In this document: positions 9,334-18,165 of the stretch, one piece after another
Layout: each line of letters begins with the position of its first letter
How positions within the stretch are numbered: the stretch's first letter is position 1
Source of the DNA: an uncultured Candidatus Saccharibacteria bacterium
Lineage (GTDB): Bacteria; Patescibacteriota; Minisyncoccia; Phycocordibacterales; WO2-35-19
NCBI GenBank assembly: GCA_964630525.1
Contig: CAZVUY010000003.1
Coordinates: 48,699-112,698 of the forward strand
Direction: 5' to 3'
DNA: 64,000 bases
The notes under the pieces: model-generated
The model's database searches: none
Seen by the model: the letters and a program-made list of their open reading frames with translations, nothing else
What the model was told of the DNA's origin: nothing
Translations under genes and position numbers: made by a program

Positions 9334-9870
9334 TCAGGCCCTTTTGCTAGCGGTGGGAGTGATGGTTGGCGGCATAAACGGTGTTAGGATCATCAGTTTC
9401 AAAAATTCGAAACTTTTCTCAACACCATTTTTGATTAACAAGCTTGCTGCTCTGGTGACGGCCAGTGTATTGTCACCGCCCGGGTTTCTCCACACAACCG
9501 TCACCTGGACATCTCCAGGAGAAGGATTCATAGCGTATGGGGCGAACAAAACACCTATTGTCTGGCCACAAATCGGACTCTCTTGCCCTTTTTGGACTTC
9601 TTTTTTTACCCAAGCGTCGATCTTCTCCTTCAAGGTAGAAGTGAAAACTTCATATCCTGCGGGATTAGATTTCCGGTTGAGCAAGAAATCCATCTTCGCC
9701 ACTCCTACATGGTCACCTCGCTTTTGAGCAGCAGCCCTTTCTGACCTGAGCTCAGCAAGGTAATCATTATCGGCGAGTGTGAAGACAATGACGTCCACAT
9801 TGGTTTGCCACTGCGCGAATGCGCTCGTGGCGGAAACGAACAGTAGCACAACCGTCAAAAGCCACGGCAT
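9334..9870 (-). CDS. Hypothetical secreted protein
   Basis: AAGGAGG SD before MPWLLTVVLLFVSATSAFA signal peptide. Confidence 0.65.
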   Translation of the reverse strand: MPWLLTVVLLFVSATSAFAQWQTNVDVIVFTLADNDYLAELRSERAAAQKRGDHVGVAKMDFLLNRKSNPAGYEVFTSTLKEKIDAWVKKEVQKGQESPICGQTIGVLFAPYAMNPSPGDVQVTVVWRNPGGDNTLAVTRAASLLIKNGVEKSFEFLKLMILTPFMPPTITPTASKRA

Positions 9871-9925
9871 GGCAGTGGCCTCCTTTCTTTCTTCTACTTT
9901 AATCCTCCCATTTTGATGCAAAAAG

Positions 9926-10534
9926 TCAAGTACTCTTGGGGAAGGGGGTGCGACACTCTTTTTCTCTAAAACAGGTAGTGAGGTGGTCGTTCGTCATACC
10001 TACGGCCTGCATATGGGCGTAAACCACAGTTGGACCCAAGAATTTAAACCCTCTTTTCTTCAAATCTTTGGCAAAAATTTCTGCCTCTCTAGTAACAGCG
10101 GGGATGTCTTTCAAACTTTTCCTCTTGTTTTGGATTTGCTTATTTTTCACAAAACCCCACATGTATTTGGCAAAACTACCGAACTCTTTTTGGACCAACA
10201 TAAACTTATTAGCATTGTTGATCGCCGCCGCTATCTTGAGTTTGTTCCTGATGATCCTGCTATCTTTTAGCAATGACGCTACTTTGGTTTTATTGAACCT
10301 AGCTATCTTTTTATAATCAAACTCGGCGAAGGCTTTGCGGAAATTTGCTCGCTTGTGCAAAATGGTGCGCCAAGAAAGTCCGGCCTGCATACTCTCAAGG
10401 ATTAAAAACTCAAATATTTTCTGGTCGTCAAAAACCGGCACACCCCATTCTCTGTCATGGTATTCGATCATGAGAGCGTCCTCTCCCGGCCATGGACAGC
10501 GAGCGCTTCCTTTTTTCTGTTTTTGCCCTAGCAT
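9926..10534 (-). CDS. tag: DNA-3-methyladenine glycosylase I
   Basis: RCPW...YHDREWG, LESMQAGLSW, IIRNKLKI, GFKFLGPT, NDHLTTC. Confidence 0.96.
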   Translation of the reverse strand: MLGQKQKKGSARCPWPGEDALMIEYHDREWGVPVFDDQKIFEFLILESMQAGLSWRTILHKRANFRKAFAEFDYKKIARFNKTKVASLLKDSRIIRNKLKIAAAINNANKFMLVQKEFGSFAKYMWGFVKNKQIQNKRKSLKDIPAVTREAEIFAKDLKKRGFKFLGPTVVYAHMQAVGMTNDHLTTCFREKECRTPFPKST

Positions 10535-10848
10535 TATTTCTTCTTGTCGAGTTTGTCGATGCCGATTATCCGAACTCCGAAGTAGACGACTAGCGCGATT
10601 ACTAAAAAGTCTATAACAACCGCAACGAAGTCTCCATAAAGGATTTGATTTTCGCCTATTTTTAGCGAAGCAGATTTCAATCCTTCTGTGGTGCCAAGCA
10701 AAGCTCCGAGGAGGGGATTGACGATATCGGTGACAAGTGCACTCACCACTCTGGAAACAGCGCCTCCTAAAATAAAGCCGACCGCAAGCCCTACCACTCC
10801 CTGCTCACGTATAAAATCAACAAACGCCTCTATGTTATTTCGGATCAT
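10534..10848 (-). CDS. mscL: Large-conductance mechanosensitive channel
   Basis: FIREQGVVGLAVGFILGGAVSRVVSALVTDIVNP and YGDFVAVVIDFLVIA. Confidence 0.92.
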   Translation of the reverse strand: MIRNNIEAFVDFIREQGVVGLAVGFILGGAVSRVVSALVTDIVNPLLGALLGTTEGLKSASLKIGENQILYGDFVAVVIDFLVIALVVYFGVRIIGIDKLDKKK

Positions 10849-11029
10849 TTTTTTTGATGAAGTAAATAAATACTATTGTTATGTCGACTATAAACCCAAT
10901 GATTCCGACGATGACAAGGACAGCAACACTCCACTTCGGCATCACCACTCCTCGCAGTGTATTAATAGCAAATATGGTTATATAAGCAAAAGCCAGCGAA
11001 CCTAAAATATCGAAATGTTGGGGCTTCAT
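10835..11029 (-). CDS. Small two-TM membrane protein
   Basis: 64-aa hydrophobic ORF starting MKPQHFDILG; its stop overlaps the mscL start region. Confidence 0.6.
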   Translation of the reverse strand: MKPQHFDILGSLAFAYITIFAINTLRGVVMPKWSVAVLVIVGIIGFIVDITIVFIYFIKKNDPK

Positions 11030-11138
11030 AGCTTGAATGAAATATAGTTTATCAGATGAAATACCTAAAAGATATAAGAAACAAATATGCCCGGTCTGCA
11101 TTGTTGCAGACCGGGCATTAACAGTATCATCTCTTTTA

Positions 11139-12053
11139 TCACGGCAGGTATTTTTTGATCTCTGCTGCCAGTTCTTGTGTTTTTGTTCGGGCCGCATCCG
11201 CATAATCCCTGTCGGACGAAGCGAAGATGATGCCGCGCGAGGAGTTGACGATGATGCCGTCGCCATTGTGGGTGATGCCAGCTTTGACCGTCTTCTCGAC
11301 GTCGCCGCCTTGAGCGCCGATGCCCGGAATGAGGATCGGCATGTCGTGGACGATCTTGCGAACGACTGTCAGTTCTTCCGGATAGGTGGCGCCGACTACG
11401 ACTCCGCAGTTGTGGCCAATTCGGTTCCAGACTCCGTGAACGCGATGCGCCACATACTTCCAGAGCGGCATGGATCTCTCCATGGTGAAGTGTTCTTCTG
11501 AAGCCAGTTGACCTTGATAGATTTCATCGAAGTGCTCCGACTGAAGCGAAACGGTCAGATCCTGGAACTCCCACGCTCCTGGATTGGAGGTGCGACAGAG
11601 CACGAAGATACCTTTGTTATCGCAATCGAGAAAAGGCTTCAGTGCGTCCGGTCCGCCGAGATACGGGTGAACGGTGATGGCGTCGACCTTAAGTCTGTCG
11701 AAAGCCATCTTGATGTAGCCGTTGTTGGTGTTGCCGATGTCTGCTCGCTTGGCGTCCAGAATGACAGGGACGTCTGGGGCGAGCCGATGGATGGTCCTCA
11801 CCGTTTCCTCGAGAACTTGCCAGCCACTGTTGCCGAACGCCTCATAAAAGGCAGCGTTTGGTTTGTATGCCAGCACCATGTCGCAAGTAGCATCGATGAT
11901 GCTTTCGTTGAAAATCCTCATGATTCTTTCAAGAGAATCTGATGAGCGGCGGAGGTGGTACGGAAGTTTGGAGACTTCAGAATCGAGGCCGACGCAGACG
12001 AATTTGCCTTCCGCCCATTTGGCTTTGAGTAATTCCTTGAAGTGTCTTCTCAT
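11139..12053 (-). CDS. pyrF: Orotidine-5'-phosphate decarboxylase
   Basis: CVGLD, YKPNAAFY, ILDAKRADIGNT, LCRTSNPG, VVGATYP, LIPGIGAQGG, NSSRGI. Confidence 0.96.
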   Translation of the reverse strand: MRRHFKELLKAKWAEGKFVCVGLDSEVSKLPYHLRRSSDSLERIMRIFNESIIDATCDMVLAYKPNAAFYEAFGNSGWQVLEETVRTIHRLAPDVPVILDAKRADIGNTNNGYIKMAFDRLKVDAITVHPYLGGPDALKPFLDCDNKGIFVLCRTSNPGAWEFQDLTVSLQSEHFDEIYQGQLASEEHFTMERSMPLWKYVAHRVHGVWNRIGHNCGVVVGATYPEELTVVRKIVHDMPILIPGIGAQGGDVEKTVKAGITHNGDGIIVNSSRGIIFASSDRDYADAARTKTQELAAEIKKYLP

Positions 12054-12369
12054 TAGGCACCCCTTTCTAAGTTGATTTGACTGTTGGTAAGGAACAGTTT
12101 CGGATCAATATTACATTATGTTTAATATAATACAACCCACCAAAAACAGTGCATCGGACACTTTTTTGTTTCTGGTGGACATCAGCCCGAAAAGTTGGAA
12201 CCAGTGGGAAATCTATGTATTTGAGAGCTATGGATTGTTGAGCGGGTTAAATATATAAAGAAATACCTTAATCTTATTTAAATTTAGATACACAAGAGAG
12301 GAATAGAATATTATAAAAAAAGAAACCGCCCGCCGAAACGAGTGGTCTCTGCGGGACGGGTGACTAAGG

Positions 12370-12735
12370 TTACTGCTTGACTAGATATCGTGTGCAAGTG
12401 TCCCAAATAGTCTTGACGACACTAACCCACTCCGTGGCAAGAAATTTATCAGTCGGGACGTAGCACTGCCGATTCTCGTCGGATACTGGGTGATAGTAGA
12501 CGTATTCGATTTTACCTCCACACAACATAATTGTCCGTAGAGGTTCCTCGTTAAGCTTAATCTTGACACCCACGGAGGAGAGATCGAGTGCTTTGCCCCA
12601 TAAGTAATCGACCTCAATTTGAAGCATCTCTGCTCCTGAAACAAAATCCTCTTTGGTAGGCGGACGATACCCTTGCAATGTTGCTAATTTGTAGAACATG
12701 CTGAGTCCCTCTTCAACAGATAGCTCAGTGACCAT
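12370..12735 (-). CDS. Hypothetical protein
   Basis: ORF with GGAGGA SD. Confidence 0.6.
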   Translation of the reverse strand: MVTELSVEEGLSMFYKLATLQGYRPPTKEDFVSGAEMLQIEVDYLWGKALDLSSVGVKIKLNEEPLRTIMLCGGKIEYVYYHPVSDENRQCYVPTDKFLATEWVSVVKTIWDTCTRYLVKQ

Positions 12736-12810
12736 CACTACTCCTCCTTTTTCCAAAAGAACTTATATGTTTATATATTATACTTTACTATAAAAATAAA
12801 GTCAAATTTG

Positions 12811-12883
12811 TGGACCCTACCAGATTCGAACTGGTGACCTCCTCATTGCAAATGAGGCGCTCTACCAACTAAGCTAAGGGCCC
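12811..12883 (-). tRNA. tRNA-Ala (UGC)
   Basis: Reverse complement gggcccttagcttagttggtagagcgcctcatttgcaatgaggaggtcaccagttcgaatctggtagggtcca; G3:U70 pair. Confidence 0.97.
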
Positions 12884-12963
12884 GTTATGGGTTTATTATA
12901 CGATTTTTTGATTTCAATTTACTACTCCATCAACCAAACTAAGTGCTTGCGTTGGCTAATATA

Positions 12964-13956
12964 TCACACCCTATCTCTTTTCCCAAGAGCTTTGTTGATG
13001 AGGTGGGAGAGGAATTCTTTGATGTTGGAACCGATGGCTTGGAGGGACTTTGGCAGAAGTGAAGTTTCGGTGAGGCCAGGGAGAGTGTTGGTTTCCAAAA
13101 TATAAATACCGCGCCGTGGATGGACGATAAAGTCTGAGCGGGAATAATGACGCAGGTGAAGGGCTCGGTGAGCTTCGGTAGCCAGTTGTTTTATAAGATC
13201 GGACTCTTCGGGTGTAAAGTTGCCAGGGCAAATCTCTTCAGCACCACCATTTTTGGAGTCGCTGTACTTGGCCGCATAGTCGAATAGATCTCGGCCATGC
13301 CTTATCTCTATCGGGATGAGTGGATAATGTTCGGTATTTCTAAAATGGTCGATCACACCACAGGTCGCTTCCTTGCCTTCTATCATCTCTTCGATCAAGA
13401 CAGCAGGGGAATGTTCGGCGGCTGCTACCACTGCTTCTTCGAGCTCGGGCAATGAGCGAGCCAGGTAAACACCGACCGAAGAGCCGGCCGAAGATGGTTT
13501 GACGATGAAAGGAGCTGGTACACTTTCATAAGCACTTCTGATCATTTGTTTACTCAAGTCTTCAAAGGGTATTACGAAAGAGGCTGGCGTCTTGAGTCCA
13601 TGGTGTCGATAGATTTTTTTGGCAGCCACTTTGTTCATGGCGATCGCTGAGGCGAGAGAAGTGGAGCCGGTGTAGGGGACTTTGAAATGCTCTAGTAAGC
13701 GTTGGACCTCGCCATCTTCGCCGTACTTGCCGTGGAGCCCGTTGATGACCAGGTCGAGCCTGGACAAAACATTTTCTGGTTTGCGTTCTACACCACGCTC
13801 GTGCCAGACACCGTCTTTGGAGATCAAGATATCGGCTGGCTCATATTCTTCACCCAAATTGGCGAGAATGTTGGCTCCGGTTTTGAGTGACACTTCATAT
13901 TCCGGAGAAGGGCCGCCGCGCAAAACACCAACTTTTATTTTATGAGCAAAAGACAT
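12964..13956 (-). CDS. ddl: D-alanine--D-alanine ligase
   Basis: GGPSPEYEVSL, LHGKYGEDG, VKPSSAGSSVG, FDYAAKY, ETNTLPGLT. Confidence 0.96.
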   Translation of the reverse strand: MSFAHKIKVGVLRGGPSPEYEVSLKTGANILANLGEEYEPADILISKDGVWHERGVERKPENVLSRLDLVINGLHGKYGEDGEVQRLLEHFKVPYTGSTSLASAIAMNKVAAKKIYRHHGLKTPASFVIPFEDLSKQMIRSAYESVPAPFIVKPSSAGSSVGVYLARSLPELEEAVVAAAEHSPAVLIEEMIEGKEATCGVIDHFRNTEHYPLIPIEIRHGRDLFDYAAKYSDSKNGGAEEICPGNFTPEESDLIKQLATEAHRALHLRHYSRSDFIVHPRRGIYILETNTLPGLTETSLLPKSLQAIGSNIKEFLSHLINKALGKRDRV

Positions 13957-14048
13957 ACGGTAATTATAATTGAAAGAAGGAAAGATTGAAAATTGAAAGA
14001 TTGAAAATCTGGTTTGACTTTTATTTATTAAGTTTATATTATTGAGAT

Positions 14049-14155
14049 GGTTTTTAATATACTTCTCGCTTGTGCCAAACTTCTTGTAGAAGGCGGGAAG
14101 TATAGCTCCATAGGCGTTGTGTGTGAAGACTCCCGATCATACAACGCCTTTTTTT
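14049..14155 (+). ncRNA. Candidate two-hairpin small RNA upstream of dnaX
   Basis: TTGACT-17-TATTAT promoter (14014-14042); 14-bp stem 14058-14104; 12-bp stem 14112-14149 followed by a T-run. Confidence 0.45.
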
Positions 14156-14184
14156 ATATCCGATTTTTAGCTATACTTGGTCGC

Positions 14185-15216
14185 ATGTCAGAGGCACTTT
14201 ATCGAAAATATCGACCGCAAACTTTCAAAGAAGTCGTTGGTCAGGAGCAGGTAGTCAAAGTCCTCGAATCGGAGGTGGCTTCGGGCAAAGTGGCACACGC
14301 CTATCTGTTTGCTGGTAGTCGAGGGACGGGCAAGACCAGTATTGCTCGTATTTTCGCTAAAGCTCTCGGGGTTAGCGCTGAGGATGTGTATGAAATCGAT
14401 GCCGCCTCCAATCGTGGGATCGATGAAGTGCGAGAAATCAGAGACTCGGTGCATACTTACCCTTACTCTTCAAAATACAAAATCTATATTGTCGATGAAG
14501 TGCACATGCTTACTAAAGAAGCTTGGAACGCTTTCCTCAAAACTTTGGAAGAGCCGCCGGCTCATGTGATCTTTATCATGGCGACGACCGAGGAACACAA
14601 GTTGCCTGACACCGTGATTTCTCGTTGCGAAACTTTCACTTTCAAAAAACCAAACCACGCTCTGCTCGCCGCCGCTGTTTTAGAAGTGGCCAAAAAGGAG
14701 GGTTGCAAGCTGGAAAAGAAATCAGCCAACCTGATCGCCACTTTGGCGGAAGGCTCGTTTCGAGACGCTTTCTCTATTTTGCAGAAGACGATCAACTCTT
14801 CAAAAGACAAAACTCTCTCTCATGGAGAAGTAGAAGGGGTACTCGGTGCTCCGGAAGAATCTCTAATTCTCGAAGTGCTTGCGGGAGTGGCGGCTAAAGA
14901 TGCGAAGCAGGCTCTCGGGGCGATCCAAAAAGCGGTCGCCATGAATACTGATATGCAGGTTTTGTTGAAAATGATTATCCGCGCTTTGCGCTTTGTACTG
15001 CTGCTCCGGTTTGCGAGTGACACCAAAACAATGATCATAGCAGAGACCGGTGAAGCGGAATTTGAAAAACTTGCTGCGCTTGCCAAGACGGCGAGGGACC
15101 TAAATTCTAAAACAGTGGTCGCTTTTCTTGAAGCGGCTTCACGGCAAGCACACGCTTCTATGCCAGAATTGCCGATCGAATTGGCGATCATCGAATCTTG
15201 TGAAAGCGGGAAATAG
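14185..15216 (+). CDS. dnaX: DNA polymerase III subunit gamma/tau (short form)
   Basis: LYRKYRPQTF, HAYLFAGSRGTGKTS, EIDAASNRG, IVDEVHML, LKTLEEPP. Confidence 0.97.
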   Translation: MSEALYRKYRPQTFKEVVGQEQVVKVLESEVASGKVAHAYLFAGSRGTGKTSIARIFAKALGVSAEDVYEIDAASNRGIDEVREIRDSVHTYPYSSKYKIYIVDEVHMLTKEAWNAFLKTLEEPPAHVIFIMATTEEHKLPDTVISRCETFTFKKPNHALLAAAVLEVAKKEGCKLEKKSANLIATLAEGSFRDAFSILQKTINSSKDKTLSHGEVEGVLGAPEESLILEVLAGVAAKDAKQALGAIQKAVAMNTDMQVLLKMIIRALRFVLLLRFASDTKTMIIAETGEAEFEKLAALAKTARDLNSKTVVAFLEAASRQAHASMPELPIELAIIESCESGK

Positions 15217-15219
15217 TTT

Positions 15220-15339
15220 TGCAACTTACAAAAATAGCTTCTTTCGCTTTGCGCACATAATTTTCTGCTGAAAATTTGCTCGTGCTCGCTTCAGTCAAGC
15301 CTCGCATGGCACACTCAAGAACTATTTTTGTAAGTTACA
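15220..15339. mobile_element. MITE-like element with ~22-bp imperfect terminal inverted repeats
   Basis: tgcaacttacaaaaatagcttct ... agaactatttttgtaagttaca; fills the gap between convergent genes. Confidence 0.55.
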
Positions 15340-15341
15340 GG

Positions 15342-15851
15342 CTACTCGTCTTCTTTTAGTTCGGCCAAAGCGACTTTGAGCTCGTTTTGTTTGAGTGAAG
15401 CAAAAAATCTTTTTAGAGTATCGACGATCACCGGCAACTCTAGGTAGTCGATCAAGATAGCGACCCAGGCGAGCCAAAGAGGCAAAAGCAGCGGTGCATT
15501 TTCTACAAATGCATCGATCACAAACTCATCGGTGATCCAGAAGAGGTGCAACCATTGGGAATTGATAAAAAGGAAATACATCAATGACTTTTTGTTGAAA
15601 GATTTGCGGAGTTCGTTGAGGTACACAGTGGAGGTGGCCAAGATGGCTGGGATCTCGGTGTAGTCGATGAGGACGATGAAAGCTTTGGGGGCGTCGTGGA
15701 GGGAGAAGAGAGGGGCGCCGAAAAGTTTGGCTGTGATCACTTCGCCAAAAAGCCAGATCAAATGAAATATTTGTAGCAAAAAAAGTCCCGCGGCGATGCC
15801 GAGGTTTAGTGTGTAATGGCTTTCGTACCAACTCCAAAATTTTTTAAACAT
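15342..15851 (-). CDS. Hypothetical membrane protein
   Basis: 169 aa, four hydrophobic segments, repeated IDY-x-E-x-P motif. Confidence 0.75.
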   Translation of the reverse strand: MFKKFWSWYESHYTLNLGIAAGLFLLQIFHLIWLFGEVITAKLFGAPLFSLHDAPKAFIVLIDYTEIPAILATSTVYLNELRKSFNKKSLMYFLFINSQWLHLFWITDEFVIDAFVENAPLLLPLWLAWVAILIDYLELPVIVDTLKRFFASLKQNELKVALAELKEDE

Positions 15852-15902
15852 GGAGGAAATAATACCATAACCGGCTTTTTTATGTTATAACTCTCTAGTA
15901 AT

Positions 15903-15976
15903 TGCCGGGTCGTCTAATGGTAGGACATCAGGTTTTGGTCCTGAGTATCGGGGTTCGAGTCCCTGCCCGGCAGCCA
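15903..15976 (+). tRNA. tRNA-Gln (UUG)
   Basis: tgccgggtcgtctaatggtaggacatcaggttttggtcctgagtatcggggttcgagtccctgcccggcag followed by encoded CCA. Confidence 0.97.
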
Positions 15977-15990
15977 AGTCGTGCGGCGTT

Positions 15991-16002
15991 CGAGACGCGT
16001 CA
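15991..16002 (+). repeat. Putative attL core (CGAGACGCGTCA)
   Basis: Direct repeat of 29270-29281, 14 bp after tRNA-Gln; contains palindrome GACGCGTC. Confidence 0.7.
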
Positions 16003-16126
16003 ACATAACGCTTTTCTTGCTAAGTAAAGCTGATCCGTCTAGAGTGCAAAAACCCATAAAATTCTTTTTCGTGGTCGATTCCAGTCTTCTGGATTTCTAG
16101 ACCATAAAAAGCTATTATGAGCAATA

Positions 16127-17596
16127 ATGATAACTCGAAGATTGGAATTTTGGGCTGACAGCTTCCATGAGGGAAATTGGGCTTGTGAGGAGCTTTCCAA
16201 ATTTTTTAAGCTGAAAAACATTTCTTATGCAAAGGGTTTTATACCAGTCTTTATTTTCTCGATTGATAAAGACACGGAGCTTGAGGTTACCGTTTTGGGA
16301 TCGTATAAGAATTGGTCGCCCATTCCTAAACCAATAAGTGAGCTGTTAGAGTGGGGTAAACCAGATCTCGTTGCTTACGATGTAGAGGATGACAAAATTC
16401 TTTTTGCGATGGAAGAAACTGCCGCAGTCCCTACTGGTAACCAGGCATTACAACGTTGCGAGCGCATTTACGGAAGTCTTCGACTAGGCATTCCATTTTG
16501 GTATCTTTTGGGAGAATTCGGCCTCCATGTGGATGGTGGGGTTCGAAGAGATTCCATTTGGCCAACCGTTTTGGGTATCAAGCTAAGTTGTATTCAACGT
16601 ACACCCTGCATGGTTCTTCATTACTCAGACCAAGAGCATCCAGAAGATTACTCAGTCGGCGAAGGCGTTAAATCCTTATATACAGCTCTTGCTACAGAAA
16701 TTGAAATTTTCCTTGGTAAAAAGAAGCGGGCTGACCTGAACCAAGTTCTTTCTGAGCAATATGCTCACATGCTTAAGTTTGTAGAGAGTCAGGGCCATAA
16801 TCTAGTGAACTTTATTCCTAATAAAGATGTTCTTTATCACTCAGATACTCCAATGCGTCTGGCACAGCTGGTTACTTCAGGTGAAGTGTTGAGTAATGAT
16901 GATCTTGATTTCTTTAATTGGGGAAAGACTGATGAGCTCCCATCAGAGATTTATGAAAAAATAAGACCCGGAGGATCAATAAAAGAAGATGTTTTCGTAA
17001 AATCTTTAGAAGGTTTAGTGGAAAGCAAAAAGGCCTATACCTTGTCAGGAAACGCTGGTTCACGACCTCAGGATATTGAAAGTATTCGTGAATGGTTGAG
17101 TCAACAAAAAGCATTGTTTGAGGCGGGTAATACCACAAACGCAAAATTTACACTTAAAGAAGGCGATTTCCCTTCGAGTATTTCAGGTAGGAGGCATGTT
17201 ACGACTGCTAAGAACGTGTTTTATCTGGTCGATTCATGTGAAGACATCGAAAATGCATTGAAGTTAAGTTTCCCTAGACTTAGTAGTCTTGATCTAACAT
17301 CAAAGGAGATGCCGGCGTTCGTGTATATTTCTAATAGCTTAAAGCCTGGTCGAATTTTTGGTGACCCATTTACAGGTCAGTTGTCAGCTTTTGCAAATAT
17401 TTTTACAAAGAATGTGCTCGGTGATAAAACGAGAATCTCTATTGCTTACTATCCCCATCAAGTTCATACTCAACTATTAGATCGGAATGGCAAACTGAGA
17501 CGCAACAAGGGAATTGTATTGATGTCTGAACTTCTCGACTACGCTGTTTTTCTGGGTGGGGTTGTCGTGAACATGAAATCAGGAGAAATCATATGA
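16127..17596 (+). CDS. Putative restriction endonuclease, large subunit
   Basis: KPDLVAYD...MEET PD-(D/E)xK-like site; convergent with two DNA methyltransferases. Confidence 0.65.
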   Translation: MITRRLEFWADSFHEGNWACEELSKFFKLKNISYAKGFIPVFIFSIDKDTELEVTVLGSYKNWSPIPKPISELLEWGKPDLVAYDVEDDKILFAMEETAAVPTGNQALQRCERIYGSLRLGIPFWYLLGEFGLHVDGGVRRDSIWPTVLGIKLSCIQRTPCMVLHYSDQEHPEDYSVGEGVKSLYTALATEIEIFLGKKKRADLNQVLSEQYAHMLKFVESQGHNLVNFIPNKDVLYHSDTPMRLAQLVTSGEVLSNDDLDFFNWGKTDELPSEIYEKIRPGGSIKEDVFVKSLEGLVESKKAYTLSGNAGSRPQDIESIREWLSQQKALFEAGNTTNAKFTLKEGDFPSSISGRRHVTTAKNVFYLVDSCEDIENALKLSFPRLSSLDLTSKEMPAFVYISNSLKPGRIFGDPFTGQLSAFANIFTKNVLGDKTRISIAYYPHQVHTQLLDRNGKLRRNKGIVLMSELLDYAVFLGGVVVNMKSGEII

Positions 17597-18165
17597 TCAA
17601 ATACACTTTCAACATCAATGAGGAAATTGCTCGGTGGGTTACCGAGGTGTACGTACGCGATAATAAAAATCTAGATTGGTGGGTAGCTTTTACTAATCCT
17701 ATTGCTGGTCCTTGGAAGAAAATAACAGCACTAAACGGAGACGGAGTTCCTGTTGAGATTTACCGATTCGAAAGAGAGGGAGAAAGGCCGGATCTTATTT
17801 TGGTCAATGACACGCATAAGACAATACTAATTATCGAGGCAAAAGATTTTGTTCAGAAATTAGTAGCTGGTGAGCAAATGCGTAAATCTGCCCGTGTTAT
17901 TAAAGAAATTACTTCTATACTTAGAAATTGCGGTAATGAACATTGGGTATCACGTAAGGATTATAAAATTATTCCTTCGTTCTTATGGTATACAGATAAA
18001 CAAGATCTGATTAAGCCAGAGGATGAGTTGGTACGAGTAACTTATAAAACAGTAGCGGATGATGATTCTGAACTATTGAATATAGTGATCACAAAAGGTG
18101 AATCAGGAGATCTAAAGAACAACTTTGTCTACAATTCACAGATCACTGATGATCTAACTGTTTAA
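17593..18165 (+). CDS. Putative restriction endonuclease, small subunit (PD-(D/E)xK)
   Basis: RPDLILV...IIEAKD motif; ATGA-coupled to the upstream gene. Confidence 0.68.
   Translation: MIKYTFNINEEIARWVTEVYVRDNKNLDWWVAFTNPIAGPWKKITALNGDGVPVEIYRFEREGERPDLILVNDTHKTILIIEAKDFVQKLVAGEQMRKSARVIKEITSILRNCGNEHWVSRKDYKIIPSFLWYTDKQDLIKPEDELVRVTYKTVADDDSELLNIVITKGESGDLKNNFVYNSQITDDLTV

Noticed and set aside
9121-9727. Plus-strand ORFs 9121-9303 and 9317-9727
   Set aside because: Non-ATG starts, no motifs, and overlap with terminator hairpins and a better supported minus-strand gene.
14047-14184. N-terminal extension of DnaX in the ORF track
   Set aside because: It crosses a terminator hairpin; homology and a -10 box point to the ATG at 14185.
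15950-15976. tRNA-Gln 3' end as the island attachment site
   Set aside because: I found no duplicate of the tRNA 3' end downstream; the direct repeat lies 14 bp beyond the CCA.
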